Below are positions 25,923 through 35,290 of a stretch of 64,000 bases of DNA, piece after piece (within the stretch, counting starts at the first letter, position 1; each line of letters starts with the position of its first letter). The notes beneath the pieces were generated by a model. It ran no database searches and was not told the DNA's origin. It was given only the letters and a program-made list of their open reading frames with translations. The stretch lies in sequence record OP079919.1; one strand, given 5' to 3'. The translations under genes were made by a program, and so were the position numbers.

Positions 25923-26885
25923 ATGAGCACATTACGTGTTTACGCGTGCGGCGGTACCGGTATTAATATTGCGTCTAAATGGATTGCCACCGGTGCGAAT
26001 ACGCTTATTCGTAAAGCCCAGTTCATTGGACTGGATAGCAGTGAAAACAACAAACCGTATAACGACGCCTTTAAGGTCGAACGTCCTGAAGGAACTCGTG
26101 GCGGTGGCAAAGAACGTAAGCTGATCGGTAAAATCGCTGCTGGGTTTATTGACAGTATTTTGACCAAACATAAACCGGGCGATTTCAACCTGATCATCAT
26201 GAACGCGGCTGGCGCTACCGGGAGTACGTTCGGCCCGACTCTGATCAACCGTCTCCTCACCCAGGGCGTTCCGGTCATTGCGTTGGTCGTAGGTGACCTG
26301 ACTTCTGAACTGGAAAACTACAACACGGTTAAAACGTTTGAAAGCCTGGACAACCAGCGCATCAATCTGAACGTGCCGGTTATCATCGACTACGTGGACA
26401 ACGCCAAATATCCCAGCCGTGGATTGGCCGACAAATATGCCATCGGCCGTCTTGATATCCTGAGCCTGTTCTTAACCGACGAACACGAAGAAAGCGATTT
26501 CCAAGACATCCGGAACCTGTTCTATTACAACCAGGTTACCAAGGCGGCGCCTACTCTTGCTCGTATCGACTTCTTGACCGATACTCAGTTAGACAACGTT
26601 ACTCCGGGGCTGGTTGCTGAATTTGGTTTGTATCGTAAAGCGGACGATATCGGTAGCCATATTAAAAATCTGGCATACCGTTCGACCGGCGTTATTCAGG
26701 AAGGTAGCACTAACTTCCCGGCTGGAATAGAACATCTCCACATGGTCTTTGACCACGATGCGACGATTAAAGATATCTTGGTTCTGGTCCAGGATCTTAA
26801 AGATATTGAGATCCAAAATAACGAACGTTTTAAATCCGCTCAGCAGGTTGGAAACGGCGGCGATGATTCTGGAATGTCCTACTAA
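25923..26885 (+). CDS. phuZ: Phage tubulin PhuZ
   Basis: YACGGTGIN (T1), GLDSS, GGG (T3), AAGATGST (variant tubulin signature), DFQD (T7); 320 aa; upstream of the DNA polymerase/chimallin block. Confidence 0.92.
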   Translation: MSTLRVYACGGTGINIASKWIATGANTLIRKAQFIGLDSSENNKPYNDAFKVERPEGTRGGGKERKLIGKIAAGFIDSILTKHKPGDFNLIIMNAAGATGSTFGPTLINRLLTQGVPVIALVVGDLTSELENYNTVKTFESLDNQRINLNVPVIIDYVDNAKYPSRGLADKYAIGRLDILSLFLTDEHEESDFQDIRNLFYYNQVTKAAPTLARIDFLTDTQLDNVTPGLVAEFGLYRKADDIGSHIKNLAYRSTGVIQEGSTNFPAGIEHLHMVFDHDATIKDILVLVQDLKDIEIQNNERFKSAQQVGNGGDDSGMSY

Positions 26886-26894
26886 GTAAAACAA

Positions 26895-26929
26895 TACTGC
26901 TACAGCCCTTCTATGGGGCTGTAGCAGTA
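26895..26929 (+). terminator. Intrinsic terminator
   Basis: 15-bp stem TACTGCTACAGCCCT/GGGGCTGTAGCAGTA with T-rich tail. Confidence 0.85.
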
Positions 26930-26999
26930 GTTCTTTATTTTTTGCATCTATCTATAGGTCTAACTAAAAAACCGCCTATAAACCTTTACAGGAAGCTTT

Positions 27000-27305
27000 A
27001 TGATAAAAACAACCAGAGTGGTTAAAACGTTGAGTTTTCGCGAATATCATTCTGTGATACTTAATGTCGATAGTAACGTTGCTACAGCAGAAAGGTTGCT
27101 CCTCAAGGAGGCTTTAATCGAACACGGTTATCAGATCGACGACGGTTTACCTGAGAGCTATCCTCTTTATCCAGAATCACTAAGGGAATTCAGAGATATG
27201 TTGAAGGCCAGTATCGAACACATAACTTTGGGGATTCCCACAAACGCCAAGGTCGAATATATCAGTCCTACTCTTGGACTCTTCAATATCATTTTTACTT
27301 ACTAA
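27000..27305 (+). CDS. Hypothetical protein (101 aa)
   Basis: AGGA RBS; first of the small-gene run between phuZ and the polymerase. Confidence 0.7.
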   Translation: MIKTTRVVKTLSFREYHSVILNVDSNVATAERLLLKEALIEHGYQIDDGLPESYPLYPESLREFRDMLKASIEHITLGIPTNAKVEYISPTLGLFNIIFTY

Positions 27306-27321
27306 CAGCAGGTGAGCTAAT

Positions 27322-27891
27322 ATGTACTCAGTGGGATCAGAATGGCTTAAGGACCAAATTTTAACATTTGGTTATTCGGTAGGAGAAACGTCTGATGGAG
27401 ATCCTAAGCAGTTAACAAGTTTTATCCGACCTATTGTGGATGGTGTGGTCGAGGCATTGAATGCTGACGACCCTGACGACATCTGGGATATCATCAGACG
27501 TTTTGAGCGGGCAATGTCAGGCAATTATGCTGTCGAGTCTATCTTCGACTTTCTTACCACCAATGTAAGAAAATTGGCTAAGCGATCTGGTTACGACCCC
27601 AGGGTGAAGTTTAGAGTCAGAGAAGTCAGAGTCGGGCACCGGATAAATTTTGTTTTTGAAATGGACCTCGACGCAACAATAGCCGCGGTTAATTCCCTCA
27701 ATCAAGAAATGCTGGAAGAAGATCTCGATGAAATTGTTTCCGATCACCCAGGAGTTGACGTACTTCAAAAACTTGAAAACGTTAGGAAAAGGGAACTACA
27801 AGAAAAACTTAATTCCTTTACACGAAATGTACTCGGAGTTCGTGTCGTACCAGCGGGAGCTAGCAGACGTTACCTTAATAAAGGAGTCTGA
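27322..27891 (+). CDS. Conserved hypothetical protein (189 aa)
   Basis: AGGTGAG RBS; clean ORF. Confidence 0.75.
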   Translation: MYSVGSEWLKDQILTFGYSVGETSDGDPKQLTSFIRPIVDGVVEALNADDPDDIWDIIRRFERAMSGNYAVESIFDFLTTNVRKLAKRSGYDPRVKFRVREVRVGHRINFVFEMDLDATIAAVNSLNQEMLEEDLDEIVSDHPGVDVLQKLENVRKRELQEKLNSFTRNVLGVRVVPAGASRRYLNKGV

Positions 27892-28264
27892 TCTAGAAAT
27901 CGTTTTTGGCGGATTGATACAGTACGTTATGGATGAGTTCCCCTTATCTGTTCGGTGTATAACTTTTGATCAAACTTCTTTCGATAAAAGGATAGCGAGA
28001 AAACATTATTCCTCGGAAGTACTTGAGGAAATATTGGATGCAATGAAATGTGTAATAGCTAAACATATTTATGCGCTCACTCCTAACACTTTGATTAGAA
28101 AGCCCGTGTTTTATCATCTGATTAATACTCGCGTATTGGTGATCCATATAAGTGATTACGATCTAAGAGAGCCTGACAATGCATCGTATCCTCGTTCCAG
28201 TAAAACCCATCGCGGACGCAATGACGACCTTCCAACTCCCCGAGATTGGCGCGATGACACATAA
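27827..28264 (+). CDS. Hypothetical protein (start uncertain)
   Basis: ORF fills the gap between neighbours; the track start 27728 overlaps heavily. Confidence 0.6.
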   Translation: MYSEFVSYQRELADVTLIKESDLEIVFGGLIQYVMDEFPLSVRCITFDQTSFDKRIARKHYSSEVLEEILDAMKCVIAKHIYALTPNTLIRKPVFYHLINTRVLVIHISDYDLREPDNASYPRSSKTHRGRNDDLPTPRDWRDDT

Positions 28265-28547
28265 CCAGTTATTAGAAATGATTGTGAAATTGAGCTTAGA
28301 AGCTCGTTTTAAATCTTACGGGCTTTCTGGTGCGATTGATATCATCAAGGATTTAATCTACGCGTTTAAACCGAAGGATTCAGTCCCAGACATTCTATTG
28401 GGTTTTTATCTCCTCCCGGGAATGGTCGCATTAACGGAAGAAATGACTGCGATTGAGAAAGCCAGGGATGTTTTCGGATGGGACCTTTATTGCCCTAACA
28501 TGAAGTCACAACATATCGTCGTCTATGCGGGAGAACCACGTGCCTAA
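28179..28547 (+). CDS. Hypothetical protein (start uncertain)
   Basis: Overlapping run of small ORFs. Confidence 0.6.
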   Translation: MHRILVPVKPIADAMTTFQLPEIGAMTHNQLLEMIVKLSLEARFKSYGLSGAIDIIKDLIYAFKPKDSVPDILLGFYLLPGMVALTEEMTAIEKARDVFGWDLYCPNMKSQHIVVYAGEPRA

Positions 28548-28872
28548 GATAACTATTCAACTTGCAATACCGCCGGGAACCGATGTGGAAGGATTTGTTT
28601 CTGCATATGGCAGTCTCTTAAGAGCACATCGGATTAAATGTAACATCCCTAGTCAGGATGTTCAGCTTAACCATCCGTTGGAAGAAGCCCGGGAACAAAT
28701 TCTGGGAGACTTCCAACGTACCAACTCCCAGCTTCAGTCGATCAGCGCTAAATACGCAGACGTCTCTGTGTCCAATGTTCTTTCAGACGGGCGCAAGATG
28801 ACTATCATTTTAGCGTGCGACAGACCCAATAGTGAGTTCATCAATGCGGATTTCTCACACCAGTCTCAATGA
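28540..28872 (+). CDS. Hypothetical protein
   Basis: GTG 28540 after GGGAG, overlapping the previous stop. Confidence 0.6.
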   Translation: MPKITIQLAIPPGTDVEGFVSAYGSLLRAHRIKCNIPSQDVQLNHPLEEAREQILGDFQRTNSQLQSISAKYADVSVSNVLSDGRKMTIILACDRPNSEFINADFSHQSQ

Positions 28873-29161
28873 AGAAGCTTTCCTGGAGGCCATCAAACAA
28901 ATTTATTTGAGAGATGACCCCCTTCCTTCTGATCAGACAATTTACGAAGTCGTTTCCGAATGGGTTGATGATCTCTTTCAAAATGGTCATGTGGAAGAAG
29001 ATGTCATTGATCTTTTTCTGGACGGACTCCCACCTACAGAGCTTTTGAAATCTGTAACGGTGCATCCTCTTTTTAGGAAGCGGGTGGTTTATTCCGTTAA
29101 TCCTTTAAATGGTATGACTGAAACTGTGGGCTTCCCCTTAATCATTCTGGAGTACGTATGA
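28832..29161 (+). CDS. Hypothetical acidic protein
   Basis: Coupled ORF; stop overlaps the next ATG. Confidence 0.6.
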   Translation: MSSSMRISHTSLNEEAFLEAIKQIYLRDDPLPSDQTIYEVVSEWVDDLFQNGHVEEDVIDLFLDGLPPTELLKSVTVHPLFRKRVVYSVNPLNGMTETVGFPLIILEYV

Positions 29162-29571
29162 CCATTAGTGTGAAGAACGGGGATATTGTTAGTTTTTCCC
29201 TGGTACAAGCAAACATCATCAACAACGATTACACCAACGTAACTGTGTTAGGTCACGTAATGTTCGATGTTGCTCGAGGGCACGATCCTGAGCTCCGCAA
29301 TAAACATTACAATCTTTATCCGTACTTCAAGGATAAAGTTAATAATGTGGACGATCCCAATTACGCTGACGGTTATTTGGTCTTAAAGTTAGCCAATGGC
29401 GCACTCAGTCCCATTGGGATCCCTTGGATCAACGAAGATACCTTTGAGGTCATCAGCGGAGAAACCCGTGTTTACACATTCCCTACCTGGAAAAGTAAAT
29501 ATGAGTCAAGTCTGCATGAGCTCTTGGCTAACCTCGGCGCCGAATATTCTTATACCAGTACTAAAAAATAA
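29158..29571 (+). CDS. Conserved hypothetical protein directly upstream of the DNA polymerase (phiKZ gp49 position)
   Basis: ATGA coupling; followed by a terminator; synteny. Confidence 0.7.
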   Translation: MTISVKNGDIVSFSLVQANIINNDYTNVTVLGHVMFDVARGHDPELRNKHYNLYPYFKDKVNNVDDPNYADGYLVLKLANGALSPIGIPWINEDTFEVISGETRVYTFPTWKSKYESSLHELLANLGAEYSYTSTKK

Positions 29572-29574
29572 ACC

Positions 29575-29606
29575 GTTACTCTCATCCCTAATGGGATGAG
29601 AGTAAC
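29575..29606 (+). terminator. Intrinsic terminator
   Basis: 14-bp perfect stem GTTACTCTCATCCC/GGGATGAGAGTAAC. Confidence 0.85.
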
Positions 29607-29690
29607 CTCTTTTATTATTATTTTTTTATTGCCGTTCCTTTTTATTAGACGAAAACAATTTTAAATTTTAAAGTGAAACGGAGCTTAAAG

Positions 29691-31775
29691 ATGACTGAGA
29701 CTTTTTTAAGTCCGTTTGTTGATGACGATTACAGTGCCGATAGGAATATCGTTAAACACTATCATGAACAAATGGCTTTGTATCTTGGTAAAAAGCGCAA
29801 TGAAGATCCTAAAGCTATTTACGAAGTACTTTCTAAACACATCCAGCCCAATCAAAACGGCTATAAAGATCGTCGTATGCAGGTTTTAGTAAAAAACAAG
29901 TACGGCGATAGAGAAGTTAAAGTCATGACGGCATCTAATTTCTTTAATGAAGTTAGACGTCAGAACTGTCATCTCAGTCCCAGTATGGTTGCTTACAAGA
30001 ACACTGAAGAAGAGCAATCCGTTAATGCAATCGGGACAGAAAAATTTCTTAGCCTTCGGTCCCACTATAAAGGGTTAAAACAAAAGGCCAGTGACGAAGG
30101 TGATGAATGGGGTAAGAAGGCTTTCCACGAAATTCAAAACGCCTTGAAAATATTCAACAACGCCCAATCAGGCGCAATGTCATCCCGTGGGACTCCTCTT
30201 GTTAATAAGTCAGGTCATACTGCTCTGACTAGTGCTTGCCGTGCTTTGACCAGTACCGCTAACATGTGTAATGAAAAGTTATTGGTCGGTAACCGATTCT
30301 TTAACTCGTACGAGCGAACGATGGAGAACTTACTGTCGTTGCTCTCAGTTACTGACATTAAGCGAATGGACGAAGTCATCAAGAAACTGAAGATGAACTA
30401 CGCGACCATAGACCAGGTTATGGAAATGGTCAAACGTTGTTCTCGTCGGTATTGGAGAGACGTTAAACAACTCGGCTACATTAAAGAGTTTTTGGAGCAA
30501 CTTCGTCCGGTTGAATTAACGGCTTTGCTTTGCAATATGGATATCGAGGGATTGAGGGTTACGAATAAAGAAATCCTTTATAAATTCTTTGATGACTTCT
30601 CTCATATACCGGAAGTTCCAGAAGGCGCTAAGGCTGAAGATTATACTCCGCCTGATAACGGAGACCGATACACGCTTTGTGTGTCTAAACTCTTAGCGAA
30701 ACCAAGCAAAGTTCAGTTAAACTTTTTAAACCAGTATCATCTGGAAATGGAACATAAGTGGAAAGACTTTATTGAAGTCTTCTTTAAATGCTCCATTCCT
30801 CCATCGGGCATTTATGAAATCAGGGATATGATCCGAGAGGTAGTTCAAACCTCAGATACCGATTCCTCGATTTACACCGTAGATAAAGTCGTAGAGGATT
30901 ACACCGACGAAAAAGGACAATCGTTGAGATTGAATGGGGTTCTTACTTACTTCATTCGAATGATAGCGGTTCATCAGCACGCTCAGTTAAGTGAAAACAT
31001 GAACGTTGCTAAACGCTACCGTAATCGTCTGACGATGAAGAACGAGTACTTGTTTGGAGGATATGTTACAACATTAATGTCAAAACACTATTTTGCCACA
31101 CAGCTGATGGTAGAAGGGGTATTGAATAAAAATGTTGAAATGGAAATTAAGGGTGTTCACTTAAGGAGTTCTAAAGTAGCTCATGAGATAAAGGATTTTG
31201 CACACAAACTCATGAGGGAGATATTGGATTGTATCTATGACAAACGTCAGATGGATGCAGCCGATATTCTCTTTAGAGCAGCAGAGTTAGAAAGGGCCAT
31301 CATTAAGGATATCAACGAAGGCCAATGGGGTTGGCTAACACGCAACACGATAAAGAGTGACGACGTGTACACATTGCCGGATCAATCAGTGTATCAATAC
31401 CACTTACTCTGGGAGGAAGTGTTCTCCCCTAAATACGGACACGCTCCACCACCACCCTATTCTGCTATGAAAGTTAACCTTGATTTAGGTAATAAAGGTA
31501 AGGTCGAAGAGTTTTGTAAGAATCTGGAAGATAGAGAACTTGCAAATCGTTTATTAGATTTCTTCGTTAAGAAAGAGAAAAAAGAAATCAGTACGTTCTT
31601 TGTTCCTGCTGACGTATTACCAAGATTAGGCAAGTTACCCGATGAAGTTATTAAAGCCGCGGATATCCGACAGATCATTAAACAGAACTTAAAATCCGTT
31701 TATGCTGTGTTGGAAGCCTGTGGGCTGTATATTGTTAACGATAAAATAACGCGTTTAATTAGTGACGAACACTAA
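29691..31775 (+). CDS. Family B DNA polymerase, catalytic half (phiKZ gp50-like)
   Basis: GGAG RBS before ATG 29691; KIFNNAQSG (motif B-like), TSDTDS (motif C), KHYF and IKGVHL; the exonuclease/motif A half is encoded at 60945-62666. Confidence 0.88.
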   Translation: MTETFLSPFVDDDYSADRNIVKHYHEQMALYLGKKRNEDPKAIYEVLSKHIQPNQNGYKDRRMQVLVKNKYGDREVKVMTASNFFNEVRRQNCHLSPSMVAYKNTEEEQSVNAIGTEKFLSLRSHYKGLKQKASDEGDEWGKKAFHEIQNALKIFNNAQSGAMSSRGTPLVNKSGHTALTSACRALTSTANMCNEKLLVGNRFFNSYERTMENLLSLLSVTDIKRMDEVIKKLKMNYATIDQVMEMVKRCSRRYWRDVKQLGYIKEFLEQLRPVELTALLCNMDIEGLRVTNKEILYKFFDDFSHIPEVPEGAKAEDYTPPDNGDRYTLCVSKLLAKPSKVQLNFLNQYHLEMEHKWKDFIEVFFKCSIPPSGIYEIRDMIREVVQTSDTDSSIYTVDKVVEDYTDEKGQSLRLNGVLTYFIRMIAVHQHAQLSENMNVAKRYRNRLTMKNEYLFGGYVTTLMSKHYFATQLMVEGVLNKNVEMEIKGVHLRSSKVAHEIKDFAHKLMREILDCIYDKRQMDAADILFRAAELERAIIKDINEGQWGWLTRNTIKSDDVYTLPDQSVYQYHLLWEEVFSPKYGHAPPPPYSAMKVNLDLGNKGKVEEFCKNLEDRELANRLLDFFVKKEKKEISTFFVPADVLPRLGKLPDEVIKAADIRQIIKQNLKSVYAVLEACGLYIVNDKITRLISDEH

Positions 31776-31781
31776 GCAGTA

Positions 31782-31815
31782 AATACTTTCGCTCCTTTAC
31801 GGGAGCGAGAGTATT
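31782..31815. terminator. Bidirectional terminator
   Basis: 15-bp stem with G-T pairs between convergent genes. Confidence 0.8.
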
Positions 31816-31820
31816 AGCGG

Positions 31821-32933
31821 TTACCGAGATAATTTATTTTGTTTTAACATGGCGGTGACTTGTTCTAAGTATTGTACTTGTAACGGCCCCGGAATGAAAT
31901 GTTTAATCATCCCTTTAATATCTTGCTTGGACCAAACATCGATATGACCATTCACCGTCCCCATTGCGTTGAAGCTTTTATTATTGAGTGCCAAACTAAG
32001 CGTCAATAACTTCATTATTGGGAATTGCCAAATGGCGTTTGTTTGACTATATCGATTGTATCTCTTCGCATCTACAATGAGAGGGTTGACATCCATCGTC
32101 ATAAAGTCGCCTATTCTCTGTATGACGTGTTCAGGAGAATAGCTCGGTGTTAGCGTTAAAGTCTCGACCAAGAAGGTTAAGAATCCTTTGAGTAGTTCAC
32201 CCACTGGATTGATATTGAACTCCCCCTTGACTACCGTTAATTGGTCGTCGATGTTCTCACCGTTAACTACGACGTTATAGAGCGAATTGAATACACTCAA
32301 TTGATGCTGCAAACACCTTGCGTTGATTAGAGGAGTGCCGGCTAAATAACGATGAGGATCTAATCCAGTTTCTGATCCTTCAGCTAACCGTTCGTTAAGG
32401 TAACGCCAATACCCTATACCCAAAGCCGTGATATCCACCCCTATTACTGCAAACCCGCCATAATTCATCGGATCGTTTTTGAGAGAAGTGGTATTAGTGT
32501 AACGGATGTCCGTCTCGGTGCTAATCAGCGGGATGATGCTGCAAATGTCTCTTTCGTCTAAATCGAAATAATCATCGAGATTATCTTTAGCCGGATAAGA
32601 GACCAACATTTCAGTCAACCCATTCGCGTACATCACGTTTTGTTTTACGACACCTTTATTGTATATAGACGTGATTCCGATAGTCGACGCCCAACTATCT
32701 ACTTGCATCTCGATCATTGCTTTAAGGTAGGTGGGATCCCATTCAGGTTGAATGTTCATTAATGAAAGTAACTGAACCAAAGGATGTTGGTTCTGTAAAA
32801 CGTAGGTGGTATTGTCGTTCCGTGCGATCCACTGATTACGATTAAAATCCAAGATACGTATTACATTACTGAGCCTACCATATTTATAGACGGCAGGACG
32901 ATGATCGGTTGTTATTAATTTTAAAGGTTTCAT
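31821..32933 (-). CDS. Conserved protein, probable virion component (phiKZ gp52 position)
   Basis: 370 aa, AGGA RBS, divergent from chimallin as in phiKZ-like genomes. Confidence 0.65.
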   Translation of the reverse strand: MKPLKLITTDHRPAVYKYGRLSNVIRILDFNRNQWIARNDNTTYVLQNQHPLVQLLSLMNIQPEWDPTYLKAMIEMQVDSWASTIGITSIYNKGVVKQNVMYANGLTEMLVSYPAKDNLDDYFDLDERDICSIIPLISTETDIRYTNTTSLKNDPMNYGGFAVIGVDITALGIGYWRYLNERLAEGSETGLDPHRYLAGTPLINARCLQHQLSVFNSLYNVVVNGENIDDQLTVVKGEFNINPVGELLKGFLTFLVETLTLTPSYSPEHVIQRIGDFMTMDVNPLIVDAKRYNRYSQTNAIWQFPIMKLLTLSLALNNKSFNAMGTVNGHIDVWSKQDIKGMIKHFIPGPLQVQYLEQVTAMLKQNKLSR

Positions 32934-33090
32934 TGTAGTCCTGTTAGTAACTCAGTATTATGTTATTACATATATCTATTATATGTAAACAAACACACCT
33001 CTCCGAAAGGAGGGGAGACCAATGCCGCGGAGTAAAAATCCGTTAAGCATAAAATCGATCAGTTTTTACCACCCCTAAATAATTTCAGAC

Positions 33091-33110
33091 CGATATTATT
33101 TAGGTAGATA
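33091..33110 (+). promoter_or_regulatory. Candidate early promoter of chimallin
   Basis: CGATATTATTTAGGTAGATA fits the recurring C(T/G)A(T/C/A)ATTAT motif. Confidence 0.55.
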
Positions 33111-33191
33111 AACAACACAAATGTTTATCTGTTTTGATCAAACTAAATAACATCCCCTTTATAAAAAGCTAATAGCTATTAGGAGTTAAGA

Positions 33192-35204
33192 ATGTCCGAC
33201 AATCAAAATGGCAACAACTGGGAACAAACCGTCCTGAACACCGCTGCTGGTAAAGGAGAGCCGATCGTCTCTGCTTCTGCCGAGAATTTCGGTTCTCAGC
33301 TGCTCGGTCTGCTCGGCCAGGCTTCTCTTCTGGGTTCTTCCAAGAACGTGCCGGAAGTAGAAGAAACCGCGGCTCTGATCAAGAAACGCGTAACCGATCT
33401 GAAAAACGGTACGCCGGGCGAAACCCAGAAGAAGATCCTGCCGGAAGTGAACATCATCACCAAACCGATCATCTCTGCACTGCCGGGCATCGTCCTCTCC
33501 CTGCACATGAACAACAACCCTGCGGTATACGTCATGCCGGTGCTGTTCTCTAACCGTCATCTGACCAATACCCTGGAAGAGATCCAGATCGACAACGGCG
33601 TTAACCAACAGCGCAAAATGTCCATGCCGTTTACCCCGGATTCCTACGCTCGTGCTGATCTGTTCGAACAGATCAAAATGCACTACAAAGCGATGCTCCA
33701 GGATAAAGGTGTGAGCGAATGCGTGATCATCAACGTGATGGTTATCGACCTGGAACAGATCGTTGGTGACGATGTCCTGAATCAGGGCAAATCGCCGCTG
33801 CTGCGTGATGAAATCATGCGTAGCTGGGAACAGGGTCTGATGGTACAGATCGCGAAAATCGCAGCCAACCAGCCGAAAGCTTCTCTGCCTTCTCCGTTCT
33901 CTGCGACCGGTGGCAAAGCCTATGGTCAGCACGGTAATGCGATTGCTCGCGTTGAACCGATCCGCGGTCAGTATGTTAACGAAGGTCTGCTGTCTCCGGC
34001 GAACCTGACCATCCGCATGCAAACTGCTAACCACAACGGTTATCAGGGTAATGCTGAGCAGTCCCGCGAAATCGTCAACACCTACGCGACCGTTAGCCTG
34101 ATGGGTTCTCCGATCCAACAGTTCAACCCGCAGCTGACCGGTAACATTCCGCAGCCGTACCTGCAGACCCCTAACGGTCGTCCTCAGGGCTACACCCCGC
34201 TGCAGCCGGTGGTTATTATGAACCACGCTAAAGCTGGCGAAGTGCTGGGCGATGCGACTGGCCTGTCGACCTACTTCATGGGTCTGTTCTCTCTGATGGC
34301 GACCAACAGCAACTACCTGTTTGCTGAAGCTCTGCGTTCTAAGAACGTAGGTTCTCGTGGCTCCCTGACTGATATGGAACACCGCATCCGTCAGATGGAA
34401 AATGGATTACCTCCGCGCACTAAGGGTACTGAGATGACCGACGCTAAACTGTCGGATATCGATTTCACCACTAACTGGATTCGCGCCAATATTGGACCTA
34501 AAGCAGTCTTTGCTGCTGACCTGATCCAGTTCGGCCCGGATGCGGCGATCTCCAACTTCCTGTTCAACCTCACCTCCGGTGCGAAAGACTACAGCAAATG
34601 CGTGAAAACCGTTATTGCTATCGTCGATTCCATCTCCGGTGATGCGAAAGCCATGTCTGCGGTTATCGCAGAAAACCAGGCCAACAACAATGGTAACGGC
34701 GGATGGATTCCAGGTAAACCGGTACTGCACGTTTCTAACGCGCTGATCCCGGTCGGTACTGCTGTACTGGATAACAAACGCATTGCGCTCGGCGAAGTGG
34801 ACGAGATGTTCCTGTCCAAGCACTACAAAGATCAGATCACCCCGATGAACCAGTACCTGGAAAACATGTACGGGTCTAACCCGAACGTGCCGGAAAAACT
34901 GCGTCGCTATAACCTGCTCATCCAGCTGTCCACCATCTTCTCTGAAGGTGTAAACCTGTTCGGCTTCGCTCGTCGTTGCTACTGGGATCCGCTGTTCATG
35001 GATGCGTTCACTAAAGCGATGAACACCATCGGTTCTCTGCAGGTTACTGGCTCTATGGGTCAGTTCGCTGCTAACGTTCAAGTCTTCGCTCCTGGCCAGC
35101 AGTATATCTCTCAGGCAACTGCTGGTAACTCCGGTGGCGTCGTTCTGGGTAACGGTATGATGCTGGGTGCAGGTGGCGGTCTGGTGTTTGGCCCGTCCTA
35201 CTAA
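33192..35204 (+). CDS. chmA: Chimallin, major phage nuclear shell protein
   Basis: 670 aa with the strongest codon bias in the window, AGGAG RBS and own terminator; immediately upstream of the nvRNAP beta' gene; Gly-rich C-terminal tail typical of ChmA. Confidence 0.85.
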   Translation: MSDNQNGNNWEQTVLNTAAGKGEPIVSASAENFGSQLLGLLGQASLLGSSKNVPEVEETAALIKKRVTDLKNGTPGETQKKILPEVNIITKPIISALPGIVLSLHMNNNPAVYVMPVLFSNRHLTNTLEEIQIDNGVNQQRKMSMPFTPDSYARADLFEQIKMHYKAMLQDKGVSECVIINVMVIDLEQIVGDDVLNQGKSPLLRDEIMRSWEQGLMVQIAKIAANQPKASLPSPFSATGGKAYGQHGNAIARVEPIRGQYVNEGLLSPANLTIRMQTANHNGYQGNAEQSREIVNTYATVSLMGSPIQQFNPQLTGNIPQPYLQTPNGRPQGYTPLQPVVIMNHAKAGEVLGDATGLSTYFMGLFSLMATNSNYLFAEALRSKNVGSRGSLTDMEHRIRQMENGLPPRTKGTEMTDAKLSDIDFTTNWIRANIGPKAVFAADLIQFGPDAAISNFLFNLTSGAKDYSKCVKTVIAIVDSISGDAKAMSAVIAENQANNNGNGGWIPGKPVLHVSNALIPVGTAVLDNKRIALGEVDEMFLSKHYKDQITPMNQYLENMYGSNPNVPEKLRRYNLLIQLSTIFSEGVNLFGFARRCYWDPLFMDAFTKAMNTIGSLQVTGSMGQFAANVQVFAPGQQYISQATAGNSGGVVLGNGMMLGAGGGLVFGPSY

Positions 35205-35228
35205 GAGTTCGGCTGTAAGCTCACTAAA

Positions 35229-35257
35229 GGAGGAGGCGGAAGCCTCCTCCCTTTTTT
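35229..35257 (+). terminator. Intrinsic terminator
   Basis: GGAGGAGGC-GGAA-GCCTCCTCC plus T-run. Confidence 0.85.
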
Positions 35258-35290
35258 ATGCATTTCATTTTTTGAGTGAACGGAGACGTT

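Noticed and set aside
33022-33078. 18-aa mini-ORF after a GAAA hairpin upstream of chmA
   Set aside because: It lies upstream of the candidate chmA promoter and its RBS is inside the hairpin; no support for translation.
33186-35081. Antisense ORFs (398 and 224 aa) opposite chimallin, and likewise 41661-42443 opposite the probable chmC
   Set aside because: Same codon-bias artefact; they coincide with the most biased genes.
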